From contig NC_000962.3 of the NCBI RefSeq assembly GCF_000195955.2, positions 2,220,001 through 2,252,000 on the forward strand: 32,000 nucleotides of DNA. Direction: 5' to 3'. Positions 11,680-20,158 of this stretch are shown piece by piece (position 1 is the first letter of the stretch; the number at the start of each line of letters is the position of its first letter). This stretch comes from Mycobacterium tuberculosis H37Rv (GTDB taxonomy: Bacteria > Actinomycetota > Actinomycetes > Mycobacteriales > Mycobacteriaceae). Both the position numbers and the translations under genes were made by a program. Below the pieces are notes generated by a model, which was given only the letters and a program-made list of their open reading frames with translations, ran no database searches and was not told the origin of the DNA.

Positions 11680-12219
11680 GTGTCCGCCCTCGGACGGTCG
11701 CGACGGGCATGGGGCTGGCACCGGCTCCATGACGAATGGGCAGCGCGGGTAGTCAGCGCGGCCGCAGTGCGGCCCGGTGAGCTCGTGTTTGACATCGGCG
11801 CCGGCGAAGGGGCACTGACGGCGCATCTAGTGCGAGCGGGGGCGCGGGTGGTCGCCGTGGAGTTGCACCCGCGACGAGTCGGTGTCCTCCGCGAGCGATT
11901 CCCTGGCATTACCGTGGTGCACGCGGACGCCGCCTCGATCCGGTTGCCCGGCCGGCCGTTCCGGGTTGTGGCGAACCCGCCGTACGGGATTTCGTCCCGC
12001 CTGCTGCGGACGCTGCTGGCACCCAACAGCGGGCTTGTCGCGGCCGATCTCGTGCTGCAGCGAGCCCTCGTATGTAAATTCGCTTCTCGCAACGCGCGAA
12101 GGTTCACCCTGACCGTCGGCCTCATGCTGCCACGGCGCGCGTTCCTGCCACCGCCGCATGTGGATTCCGCGGTGCTCGTCGTCCGCCGCCGGAAGTGCGG
12201 TGACTGGCAGGGGCGGTAA
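11680..12219 (+). CDS. erm(37): 23S rRNA adenine-N6 methyltransferase Erm(37)
   Basis: GTG start at 11680, 179 aa. ELVFDIGAGEGALTAHLV, ANPPYGIS (N-P-P-Y motif), short C-terminus characteristic of ErmMT. Confidence 0.95.
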   Translation: MSALGRSRRAWGWHRLHDEWAARVVSAAAVRPGELVFDIGAGEGALTAHLVRAGARVVAVELHPRRVGVLRERFPGITVVHADAASIRLPGRPFRVVANPPYGISSRLLRTLLAPNSGLVAADLVLQRALVCKFASRNARRFTLTVGLMLPRRAFLPPPHVDSAVLVVRRRKCGDWQGR

Positions 12220-12235
12220 ACCCGCGGCCGCCAGT

Positions 12236-12269
12236 AGGTGTACCACCTTTGCTAGAAGTGGCACACTTC
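12236..12269. promoter_or_regulatory. Twin palindromic putative operator upstream of vapB-like relic
   Basis: AGGTG-TAC-CACCT (12236-12248) and GAAGTG-GCA-CACTTC (12255-12269). Centres about 20 bp apart, ending 5 bp before an ATG at 12275. Confidence 0.5.
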
Positions 12270-12274
12270 GTTCT

Positions 12275-12427
12275 ATGTCGACCACTCGTCCGCGCTACCA
12301 AATAACCGAAACCCCGGAGGTAGCTCAGGCATTGGACCGGGCCGCCCAGCGATGGCCTGGCGAGCCCCGTTCCAAATTATTGCGGCGCCTGATCATCGAT
12401 GCTCGACGATCCGCGTTCCGCGGGTAG
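12275..12427 (+). CDS. VapB/ribbon-helix-helix-like short antitoxin ORF (possibly solitary)
   Basis: 50 aa MSTTRPRYQITETPEVAQALDRAAQRWPGEPRSKLLRRLIIDARRSAFRG, resembling VapB-type antitoxins. Followed by a PIN C-terminal remnant. Confidence 0.55.
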   Translation: MSTTRPRYQITETPEVAQALDRAAQRWPGEPRSKLLRRLIIDARRSAFRG

Positions 12428-12671
12428 CGTCGTTGCGCCGTACGACGATGGCGAGCTGCTGCGTCTCGCCGAACTACGCGCTAGCAGCGGGCTAAAACTA
12501 CCTGATTGCTGCGTGCCGGATGTGGCAATTCATCACCAGGCAAGCCTCGCAACCTTTGACGACACGCTCGCTGCCGCAGCACGCACAAGGAGCGTGCCCG
12601 CTAGCACAAACGGCGCAGCTAACCCAATACGACCAGCTTCACTTGACATAATGTCGCTTATCGGCTTATAA
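12428..12671 (+). pseudogene. 5'-truncated VapC (PIN-domain) relic
   Basis: Frame of ORF 12399..12671 encodes ELLRLAELRASSGLKLPDCCVPDVAIHHQASLATFDDTLAAAARTRSVP, matching the C-terminal half of PIN toxins (LRLPDACVLATA...ATFDDRLAAAA). The N-terminal DTS core is absent. Confidence 0.65.
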
Positions 12672-12738
12672 GTGATGCGAGTTGCTCCTTACGATGACCA
12701 TGGCACAGCGGCATCCTTCTCTGCGCCAAGCTGGCCAG

Positions 12739-13299
12739 CTACGTGGCTCGAAGTTCTTGGTAAAGAGCAGGCGTCAGATCGACGCTTTGTCGCAGTTGTA
12801 GTTGGCCCGGCCGAGTTCGCTGTTCATACGCGGTGACAACGAGGCCGACACCGCCCGCCGCCGGCACGAGGACACCTTGCATGTGCAAGAACCAGGCCGC
12901 ATGTCCGACCGCCTGGCACCCTGACCAGTCGTCGCCATAGATGTCGTCGTTCTCGAGCCCCACGGCTTCCCGAGCTTGCGGGGTTGTCAGATCGAGGACG
13001 GCCAGGTCCGTGACGTCGATCGTGTGTAGTCGGTAGGCCGCCTCGAGCATCTTCTCTGCGGTCGTTGAAGCCGCTTGCGCCGCCCGTTCCACCTCAACCA
13101 TGCAGGCTTGGGCGGAATCAGCAAGATAGATCGCCGGAAAGAGCAGCGGCGGATTCCACCTGCCTCCGAATCTGCGCGCGCCCTCACCGGACAAGGCGTC
13201 ACGGTGCGCGCCGGTATACCGGTAGCACGTTTCCGACCACTCAATTGTTCCGCGTGCGTCGATACGCTGGACGAGCCCTTCATCGAGGGCATCGCTCAC
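12739..13299 (-). CDS. mbcT: RES-domain NAD+ phosphorylase toxin MbcT
   Basis: GTG start at 13299, 186 aa. CYRYTGAHRDALSGEGARRFGGRWNPP...AIYLADSAQACMVEV (RES-domain motifs). 4 nt overlap with mbcA. Confidence 0.93.
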   Translation of the reverse strand: MSDALDEGLVQRIDARGTIEWSETCYRYTGAHRDALSGEGARRFGGRWNPPLLFPAIYLADSAQACMVEVERAAQAASTTAEKMLEAAYRLHTIDVTDLAVLDLTTPQAREAVGLENDDIYGDDWSGCQAVGHAAWFLHMQGVLVPAAGGVGLVVTAYEQRTRPGQLQLRQSVDLTPALYQELRAT

Positions 13300-13637
13300 A
13301 CGAACACTCCCTCCGCCATCGCGTCGATGAGCGCCAACACGCGTTGGTACTCGCCGTCTCGCACGAGGTCGGCAGGCTTGCGGTGTTCCAGTAACCGATT
13401 CGGCGAAAACATCCACACGTTCGCCTGGTCACGCGGCAGCACTTCCGCGAGGGCGTCGGCGACATAGGCCAGCTCGATAAGTCGTTGCTTGTTGAGGCGT
13501 TGGGGAACCACCTGACCTGCGGTCCATCGCGCCACGGAACGCGGCGAGGCATCGACGATGTCACCGACTTCCTCGTAGGTCAATCCCAAGCGCTCGATCG
13601 CACCCGACACGGTCGAGGCGAGCACATTTACTCCCAT
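13296..13637 (-). CDS. mbcA: MbcA antitoxin (Xre/DUF2384 type)
   Basis: 113 aa with HTH (LTYEEVGDIVDASPRSVARWTAGQVVP) and a C-terminal MbcA/ParS-type NxxL...G..Q.VL..I. region. Confidence 0.92.
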   Translation of the reverse strand: MGVNVLASTVSGAIERLGLTYEEVGDIVDASPRSVARWTAGQVVPQRLNKQRLIELAYVADALAEVLPRDQANVWMFSPNRLLEHRKPADLVRDGEYQRVLALIDAMAEGVFV

Positions 13638-13668
13638 GGGCAGCCTGTCTTCCTTTTGTCTATTGATT

Positions 13669-13685
13669 TGTCATGTATTATGACA
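13669..13685. promoter_or_regulatory. Candidate mbcAT operator
   Basis: Perfect inverted repeat TGTCAT-GTATT-ATGACA, 32 bp upstream of the mbcA start. Confidence 0.45.
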
Positions 13686-13722
13686 CGAACCGAGGCGTCG
13701 ATGCGAGAGGAACTTCACGACG

Positions 13723-14255
<533 letters not shown>

Positions 14256-14304
14256 TTACACCAAGCAGGAACGTCACCGTGACGAATTGTCGCGTGGCGC
14301 AGTG

Positions 14305-14649
14305 TCAAAGGTCCAGTACGCGACGAAGTCCTCGGTCAACCTCGTGCATCAAGCTCGCTGGCACCTCCCCAACTCGGTCGGTGAGGTCAGTCTTGTTGAG
14401 CGTGACAATCGCCGTGACGTTGACGACCGAGTCACGTGGCAGTCGCGTTGTGGTCGCGGGCAAGAACACGTTGCCGGGCATTGCCGCCAGCGCCGTATTG
14501 GACGTGATCACCGCTGCGATCACAGTGGCAAGGCGACTTGCGTTGTACGGATCTGACTGGATTACGAGCACCGGGCGGCGCTTCGCCGGCTGACTGCCTG
14601 ATGGCGGCCCGAGGTCAGCCCAGTAGATCTCGGCACGACTAATCACCAC
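14305..14649 (-). CDS. mazF6: MazF6 endoribonuclease toxin
   Basis: 114 aa MVISRAEIYWADLGPPSGSQPAKRRPVLVIQSDPYNASRLATVIAAVITSN..., MazF/PemK family. Confidence 0.95.
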   Translation of the reverse strand: MVISRAEIYWADLGPPSGSQPAKRRPVLVIQSDPYNASRLATVIAAVITSNTALAAMPGNVFLPATTTRLPRDSVVNVTAIVTLNKTDLTDRVGEVPASLMHEVDRGLRRVLDL

Positions 14650-14891
14650 TCATCGTCCATGGTTTCTAGCACGCGGTATGCGTTGGCCACGGCGAGGGCC
14701 TCCGCTTCGTCGGTGCCATGGATGCTCTCTAGAGCCCTGTCGATCTGGCCCGTGAGCAATTGGGCGTCCAGCTCGTGCAGGTAGCGCTGCGCAGCCTTCG
14801 TGAAGAACTCGGACCGACTCATGCCGAGCTCACTCGCACGCCGCGATACCCGATCGAACGTCTCATCCGGCAGAGAAATAGCTGTCTTCAT
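14643..14891 (-). CDS. mazE6: MazE6 antitoxin
   Basis: 82 aa MKTAISLPDETFDRVSRRASELGMSRSEFFTKAAQRYLHEL..., RHH N-terminus. Overlaps mazF6 by 7 nt. Confidence 0.93.
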   Translation of the reverse strand: MKTAISLPDETFDRVSRRASELGMSRSEFFTKAAQRYLHELDAQLLTGQIDRALESIHGTDEAEALAVANAYRVLETMDDEW

Positions 14892-14897
14892 ACAGAT

Positions 14898-14915
14898 AGT
14901 ATAACCGGGTATAAC
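14898..14915 (-). promoter_or_regulatory. Candidate mazEF6 promoter/operator, probably leaderless
   Basis: On the minus strand, TATACT hexamer then ATCTGT and ATG. On the plus strand, tandem GTATAAC at 14899-14905 and 14909-14915, one helical turn apart. Confidence 0.45.
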
Positions 14916-14990
14916 TTCCAGAAGACGGCGGCTGTTTCGTCACAGTGACGCTATTGCTGGTCCAAACACACTCCACGATTCCGCGCGTCG

Positions 14991-17306
14991 CTACCCCGGG
15001 ATAGTCCGATCAGGTGTCTTGGGTGGCCCGGCAAGTGGTTTGATGCGTCCGGCCCGCACGCCGTTGGCGATGACGATGACCTCGGTGAACTCGTGCACAA
15101 GCACGACCGCGGCCAGTCCGAGGATCCCGAACAACGCCAGCGGCATCAGCACGGTGATGATACTTAGGGACAATCCGACGTTTTGCACCATGATCTGCCG
15201 CGAGCGCCGGGCATGGTCTAGGGCTTGGGGCAGATGCCGCAGGTCTTGGCCCATCAGGGCGACGTCGGCGGTTTCGATGGCGACGTCGGTTCCCATGGCG
15301 CCCATCGCGATTCCCAGGTCGGCGGCGGCCAGGGCCGGAGCGTCGTTGACTCCGTCGCCGACCATCGCGGTGGGTTGCCGAGCCCGCAGCTGTGCGACCA
15401 GATGAGCCTTGTCCTCGGGCCGCAATTCGGCATGTACCTGCTCGATGCCGGCTTGGGCTGCCAGGGCGGCAGCGGTGGCATGGTTGTCGCCGGTGAGCAT
15501 CGTCACCTGGTAGCCGCCGGTGCGCAGCCCGGCCACCACCTCGGCGGCTTCCGGGCGTAGTTCGTCGCGCACGGCGATGGCACCAAGCAGCTGCTGGTCG
15601 CGTTCGACGAGAACCGCTGTGGCGCCGGCTTGTTGCATGCACGCCACATGATCTGCGAGCTCGGCGGCATCGAGCCAGCCGGGTCGCCCCAGTCGCACCA
15701 CCCGCCCGTCGAGGCGGCCTATCAGCCCGGCGCCCGGGACGGCTTGCACGTCGCTGGCGGCGGTCGTCGCTTGGGTCGCGGCAAGCACGGCCACAGCCAG
15801 GGGATGTTCGCTGCGGGCTTCCAGGGCGGCTGCCACCGCCAACACTTCCTCGCGGGTAGCGCCGTTTGTGGTGGCGACGTCGATGACGACGGGCCGGTTG
15901 GCGGTTAACGTACCGGTTTTGTCCAGGGCTACCGCGCGGATGGTGCCCAGGGTTTCCAGCGCGGCGCCGCCCTTGATGAGCACGCCGAGTCTGGAGGCGG
16001 CGCCGATGGACGCGACCACGGTGACCGGAACGGCGATGGCCAGCGCGCACGGGGCGGCGGCGACTAATACCACGAGCGCGCGTTCGATCCAGACCAGCGG
16101 ATTACCCAAGACGCTGCCGGTCCCGGCGATCAGCGCCGCGGCGATCATGATGCTGGGCACCAACGGTCGCGCGATACAGTCGGCTAGCCGCTGACTAGCA
16201 CCTTTTCGGACCTGTTCGGCCTCCACGATGTGCACGATGCGCGCCAGCGAGTTGTTGGCCGCGGTAGCGGTGACCCCCACCTGCAGCACGCCCAAGCCGT
16301 TGATCGACCCGGCGAACACTTCGTCACCGGGTCCAACCTCGACCGGCACCGATTCGCCGGTGATCGCGGAGACATCCAGGGCGGTGCGCCCGGCACGAAT
16401 GATGCCGTCGGTGGCCAGGCGTTCGCCCGGTTTAACGATCATCTGGTCACCGACGTGCAATTCGGTTGAGGCCACGATGGTTTCGGTGCCCTCCCGCAGA
16501 ACTGTGGCCTGATCCGGCACCAGCGACAGCAGGGCGCGCAGGCCACGGCGAGTGCGCGCCGTCGCGTATTCCTCCAAGCCTTCGCTGATCGAGAACAGAA
16601 ACGCCAGCGTAGCGGCCTCACCCAGCTCGCCAAGTGCGACAGCGCCCAGCGCGGCGATGGTCATCAGGGTGCCTACGCCGACGCGGCCTTCGGCCAGTCG
16701 TTTGAGGCTGGAGGGCACGAATGTCGAGGCCCCAACCGCCAGCGCAAGGGCCTTCAGTCCCAGTACGACCGGCCACAGCGGATAAGCCCATGCGGCAACT
16801 AGCGACGCGGTCAGCAACACTCCGGAGAATGCGGCTCGCCGCAGTTTGGCGACTTGCCAGAGCTGCTCCGGCTCGCGGTCCTCGTTGTCCTCGCCGTCGC
16901 AGCAGGCATCGCTCGTCTCCCCCGATGGCTGCGCGGCCACGTCACGCCGAACTCCTGATAGTGTTCGCGTGCTCCAGTCGATGATTTTCTGCACTACCCC
17001 GGCCTTGCGGTTACTGGCCGAGCGCGAAGCATACGCGGGCACCGCCGCCGCAGGGACGGTCTCGGCATCGATGATTGCCGACAGGATGGCAGCGGTGTCG
17101 CAGATTGCGCGTGAATACCAGATCACAATGGATGCCGTCCGCGGATAGGCATGCACGGCCTGCACACCGGCCACCTTGCCGACGGTGTCCTCGATCGCAA
17201 CGGCCCGTCCCGCGTCGAACTGAAACCCGGTGGCCTGCACACGCATCCGCCCGGCTGCATCGGATACAACGGTCAGCTGGACCTCGGCGTCAACTACAGT
17301 CGTCAC
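14991..17306 (-). CDS. ctpG: P1B-type heavy-metal ATPase CtpG
   Basis: 771 aa. DKTGTLT phosphorylation motif, APCALAI transmembrane metal-site motif, GDGVNDAPAL. Confidence 0.95.
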   Translation of the reverse strand: MTTVVDAEVQLTVVSDAAGRMRVQATGFQFDAGRAVAIEDTVGKVAGVQAVHAYPRTASIVIWYSRAICDTAAILSAIIDAETVPAAAVPAYASRSASNRKAGVVQKIIDWSTRTLSGVRRDVAAQPSGETSDACCDGEDNEDREPEQLWQVAKLRRAAFSGVLLTASLVAAWAYPLWPVVLGLKALALAVGASTFVPSSLKRLAEGRVGVGTLMTIAALGAVALGELGEAATLAFLFSISEGLEEYATARTRRGLRALLSLVPDQATVLREGTETIVASTELHVGDQMIVKPGERLATDGIIRAGRTALDVSAITGESVPVEVGPGDEVFAGSINGLGVLQVGVTATAANNSLARIVHIVEAEQVRKGASQRLADCIARPLVPSIMIAAALIAGTGSVLGNPLVWIERALVVLVAAAPCALAIAVPVTVVASIGAASRLGVLIKGGAALETLGTIRAVALDKTGTLTANRPVVIDVATTNGATREEVLAVAAALEARSEHPLAVAVLAATQATTAASDVQAVPGAGLIGRLDGRVVRLGRPGWLDAAELADHVACMQQAGATAVLVERDQQLLGAIAVRDELRPEAAEVVAGLRTGGYQVTMLTGDNHATAAALAAQAGIEQVHAELRPEDKAHLVAQLRARQPTAMVGDGVNDAPALAAADLGIAMGAMGTDVAIETADVALMGQDLRHLPQALDHARRSRQIMVQNVGLSLSIITVLMPLALFGILGLAAVVLVHEFTEVIVIANGVRAGRIKPLAGPPKTPDRTIPG

Positions 17307-17575
17307 TCGTCGACCCTGGCGCCAGCGGGCAGGGGCGCCTCCTCACCGATGCGCCCGCGAGCCTCGGCAACGACGTCGGCGACTGTCAGCCGGGCCGACT
17401 CGGCCGCCGCCTCCGCGCGCCGGGTTCCGCGCAGGCCCCACTCCATCACGGTCACCGACGCCCGGCGAATGGGCGCCGTACCCAGCGCTTTGCGCAGCGT
17501 TTCGTAGGCGCTCACCCCGACCAGTCCGGTGAGCACCGCCCCGGCCGCCTTAACCAATAGCTCATGCGTAACCAC
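17303..17575 (-). CDS. DUF1490-family PacL-like small membrane partner of CtpG (Rv1993c-like)
   Basis: About 90 aa (V)VTHELLVKAAGAVLTGLVGVSAYETLRKALGTAPIRRASVTVMEWGLRGTRRAEAAAESARLTVADVVAEARGR. 4 nt overlap with ctpG. Start codon not certain (ORF extends to 17608). Confidence 0.85.
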   Translation of the reverse strand: MVTHELLVKAAGAVLTGLVGVSAYETLRKALGTAPIRRASVTVMEWGLRGTRRAEAAAESARLTVADVVAEARGRIGEEAPLPAGARVDE

Positions 17576-17627
17576 GGTCAGTTCTCCTTTGCTTTGTCCT
17601 GTAACCACAAGTCGTGTCGTCTGCTGC

Positions 17628-17984
17628 TCAGCTACCTGTCATCTCGACCGCCTCCCCGGACGCGGCGCGCTCGGCGACACAGGGTTGGTCGGTATCCACC
17701 GCGAGAACGACCTGGACCAACTCGCCCAAGGCTCGCGCCAGGTGACTGTCGGCCAGCGCATACCGAACCTGCCGGCCCTCATAGGTTGCGACTACCAGCC
17801 CGCAGCCCCGCAAACACGACAGATGGTTGGACACATTCGATCGGGTCAACCCGAGGTGCGCAGCTAGCTGGCCGGGATAGCAAACGCCATCCAGCAACGC
17901 CACCAGAATCCGGCACCGCGTCGGATCAGCCAGAGCCCGGCCGAGTCGAGCCAGGGCCGATTCCCGCATCTCACACGTCAGCAT
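17628..17984 (-). CDS. cmtR: ArsR/SmtB-family Cd(II)/Pb(II) sensor CmtR
   Basis: 118 aa. LADPTRCRILVALLDGVCYPGQLAAHLGLTRSNVSNHLSCLRGCGLV with Cys residues in the recognition region and DTDQPCVAE tail. Confidence 0.95.
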   Translation of the reverse strand: MLTCEMRESALARLGRALADPTRCRILVALLDGVCYPGQLAAHLGLTRSNVSNHLSCLRGCGLVVATYEGRQVRYALADSHLARALGELVQVVLAVDTDQPCVAERAASGEAVEMTGS

Positions 17985-18002
17985 AGATCAAATAGTACAC
18001 CA

Positions 18003-18014
18003 TATACTGGTATA
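18003..18014. promoter_or_regulatory. Putative CmtR operator in the cmtR-Rv1995 divergent region
   Basis: Perfect palindrome TATAC-TG-GTATA 18 bp upstream of the cmtR start. Confidence 0.55.
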
Positions 18015-18140
18015 ACAGCAAGAGCTGAATTGTACATCCATAGCAGATATGATCGGCGCGCGTCACAAGCTTCCGGCCGCAGAGCCGCCAACTCACGATA
18101 TCGTTAACCGATATCCCGAGCCGATAGCTGGCGGGCTCGG

Positions 18141-18908
18141 GTGGTGGCCAGCGGCGCTGCGACGAAAGGTGTGACCGTCATGAAACAGACACCACCGGCG
18201 GCCGTCGGCCGTCGTCACCTGCTCGAGATCTCAGCATCCGCAGCCGGTGTGATCGCGCTTTCGGCGTGTAGTGGGTCGCCGCCCGAGCCCGGCAAAGGCC
18301 GGCCCGACACAACCCCGGAACAGGAAGTCCCGGTCACCGCGCCCGAGGACTTGATGCGCGAACACGGAGTGCTCAAACGCATCCTGCTGATCTATCGCGA
18401 GGGGATCCGCCGCCTCCAAGCCGATGATCAGAGTCCCGCTCCAGCACTGAACGAAAGCGCGCAGATCATTCGACGCTTCATCGAGGACTACCACGGACAG
18501 CTGGAAGAGCAATACGTCTTCCCCAAGCTGGAACAAGCCGGCAAGCTCACGGACATCACCTCGGTCTTGCGCACCCAGCATCAGCGCGGCCGGGTGCTCA
18601 CGGACCGGGTACTCGCCGCCACCACTGCAGCGGCTGCATTCGATCAGCCTGCGCGAGACACCCTGGCCCAAGACATGGCAGCGTACATCCGAATGTTTGA
18701 GCCGCATGAGGCGCGCGAGGACACGGTCGTTTTCCCGGCGTTGCGCGACGTGATGTCCGCTGTCGAGTTTCGCGACATGGCCGAGACCTTTGAAGACGAG
18801 GAGCACCGGCGCTTTGGCGAGGCCGGTTTTCAATCGGTGGTCGACAAGGTCGCCGATATCGAAAAAAGCCTTGGCATCTACGACCTGAGCCAGTTCACCC
18901 CCAGCTAA
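18141..18908 (+). CDS. Exported hemerythrin-like domain lipoprotein (Rv1995-like)
   Basis: 255 aa. Twin-arginine + lipobox RRHLLEISASAAGVIALSAC. Hemerythrin-type motifs EHGVLKR, FIEDYHGQLEEQYVFP, TQHQRGR, FEPHEAREDTVVFP. Confidence 0.8.
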   Translation: MVASGAATKGVTVMKQTPPAAVGRRHLLEISASAAGVIALSACSGSPPEPGKGRPDTTPEQEVPVTAPEDLMREHGVLKRILLIYREGIRRLQADDQSPAPALNESAQIIRRFIEDYHGQLEEQYVFPKLEQAGKLTDITSVLRTQHQRGRVLTDRVLAATTAAAAFDQPARDTLAQDMAAYIRMFEPHEAREDTVVFPALRDVMSAVEFRDMAETFEDEEHRRFGEAGFQSVVDKVADIEKSLGIYDLSQFTPS

Positions 18909-18927
18909 AGACACTAATGCCCTTGGG

Positions 18928-18947
18928 TTAGGGACCATCGCCTCCTG
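18928..18947. promoter_or_regulatory. Candidate DosR box upstream of Rv1996-like gene
   Basis: TTAGGGACCATCGCCTCCTG resembles TTSGGGACTWWAGTCCCSAA, mainly in its left half. Confidence 0.5.
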
Positions 18948-19003
18948 ACGCGATCGCGACAGCTGGCTAACGTCGGTAGTACACCCATGCAGAGGGGACG
19001 CCA

Positions 19004-19957
19004 ATGTCAGCCCAACAAACGAACCTCGGAATCGTGGTCGGTGTGGATGGTTCACCCTGCTCGCATACGGCAGTCGAATGGGCCGCGCGCGATGCGCAGA
19101 TGCGCAACGTTGCGCTCCGCGTGGTGCAGGTCGTGCCCCCGGTAATAACCGCCCCGGAAGGGTGGGCATTTGAGTATTCGCGGTTTCAAGAAGCCCAAAA
19201 GCGCGAAATCGTCGAACACTCGTACCTGGTCGCCCAAGCGCACCAAATCGTCGAACAGGCCCACAAGGTCGCCCTCGAGGCATCCTCCTCAGGTCGCGCC
19301 GCGCAAATCACCGGCGAAGTGCTGCACGGCCAGATAGTGCCCACGCTGGCCAACATCTCCAGGCAGGTCGCGATGGTCGTGCTGGGCTACCGAGGTCAGG
19401 GCGCCGTAGCCGGCGCCTTGCTGGGATCGGTCAGCTCAAGCCTGGTTCGCCACGCTCATGGCCCTGTCGCCGTAATACCCGAGGAGCCGCGACCGGCGCG
19501 CCCGCCGCACGCGCCGGTTGTGGTGGGCATCGACGGCTCGCCCACCTCGGGATTGGCGGCCGAGATCGCCTTCGACGAGGCATCGCGCCGCGGCGTGGAC
19601 TTGGTGGCGCTGCACGCGTGGAGCGACATGGGCCCCCTCGACTTTCCTAGGCTCAATTGGGCGCCGATCGAATGGAGAAACCTCGAAGACGAGCAGGAGA
19701 AAATGCTCGCCCGGCGTCTGAGCGGATGGCAAGACCGGTATCCCGATGTCGTCGTGCACAAAGTCGTGGTGTGCGATCGACCGGCACCCCGCCTGCTCGA
19801 ATTGGCACAAACCGCTCAGCTTGTGGTGGTTGGCAGCCACGGCCGCGGGGGGTTCCCCGGCATGCATCTCGGCTCAGTCAGCAGAGCGGTGGTCAATTCC
19901 GGTCAGGCTCCGGTTATCGTCGCCCGAATCCCCCAAGATCCGGCAGTGCCGGCCTGA
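19004..19957 (+). CDS. Tandem-domain universal stress protein (Rv1996-like)
   Basis: 317 aa with two USP domains: VVGVDGSPCSHTAVEWA...VVLGYRGQGAVAGALLGSVSSSLVRHAHGPVAVIP and VVVGIDGSPTSGLAAEIA...VVVGSHGRGGFPGMHLGSVSRAVV. Confidence 0.93.
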   Translation: MSAQQTNLGIVVGVDGSPCSHTAVEWAARDAQMRNVALRVVQVVPPVITAPEGWAFEYSRFQEAQKREIVEHSYLVAQAHQIVEQAHKVALEASSSGRAAQITGEVLHGQIVPTLANISRQVAMVVLGYRGQGAVAGALLGSVSSSLVRHAHGPVAVIPEEPRPARPPHAPVVVGIDGSPTSGLAAEIAFDEASRRGVDLVALHAWSDMGPLDFPRLNWAPIEWRNLEDEQEKMLARRLSGWQDRYPDVVVHKVVVCDRPAPRLLELAQTAQLVVVGSHGRGGFPGMHLGSVSRAVVNSGQAPVIVARIPQDPAVPA

Positions 19958-20046
19958 GGGCCTGTGCGATCTGCTCGGGTGGTGCCCACCCGCGCGGAAA
20001 GCCCCGTCCGAACCGTGATTGGGCAACGTCGGGCCGGGCCAGCAGC

Positions 20047-20066
20047 GCTGGACCGTAGGTCCCTGC
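20047..20066. promoter_or_regulatory. Candidate DosR box upstream of ctpF
   Basis: GCTGGACCGTAGGTCCCTGC, near-palindromic match to the DosR consensus. Confidence 0.6.
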
Positions 20067-20158
20067 AGTGGATGACTTACGGCCCTGATCCACACCGGCG
20101 ACCGTTAGGCAGGGTTGAGCCAACCGTCGGTTGAGCGTCTGGCTGCGAGGTGAGGTGA

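Noticed and set aside
15010-16050. 346 aa minus-strand ORF inside ctpG
   Set aside because: Alternate same-strand frame of the ATPase gene. Extremely Arg/Gly/His-rich.
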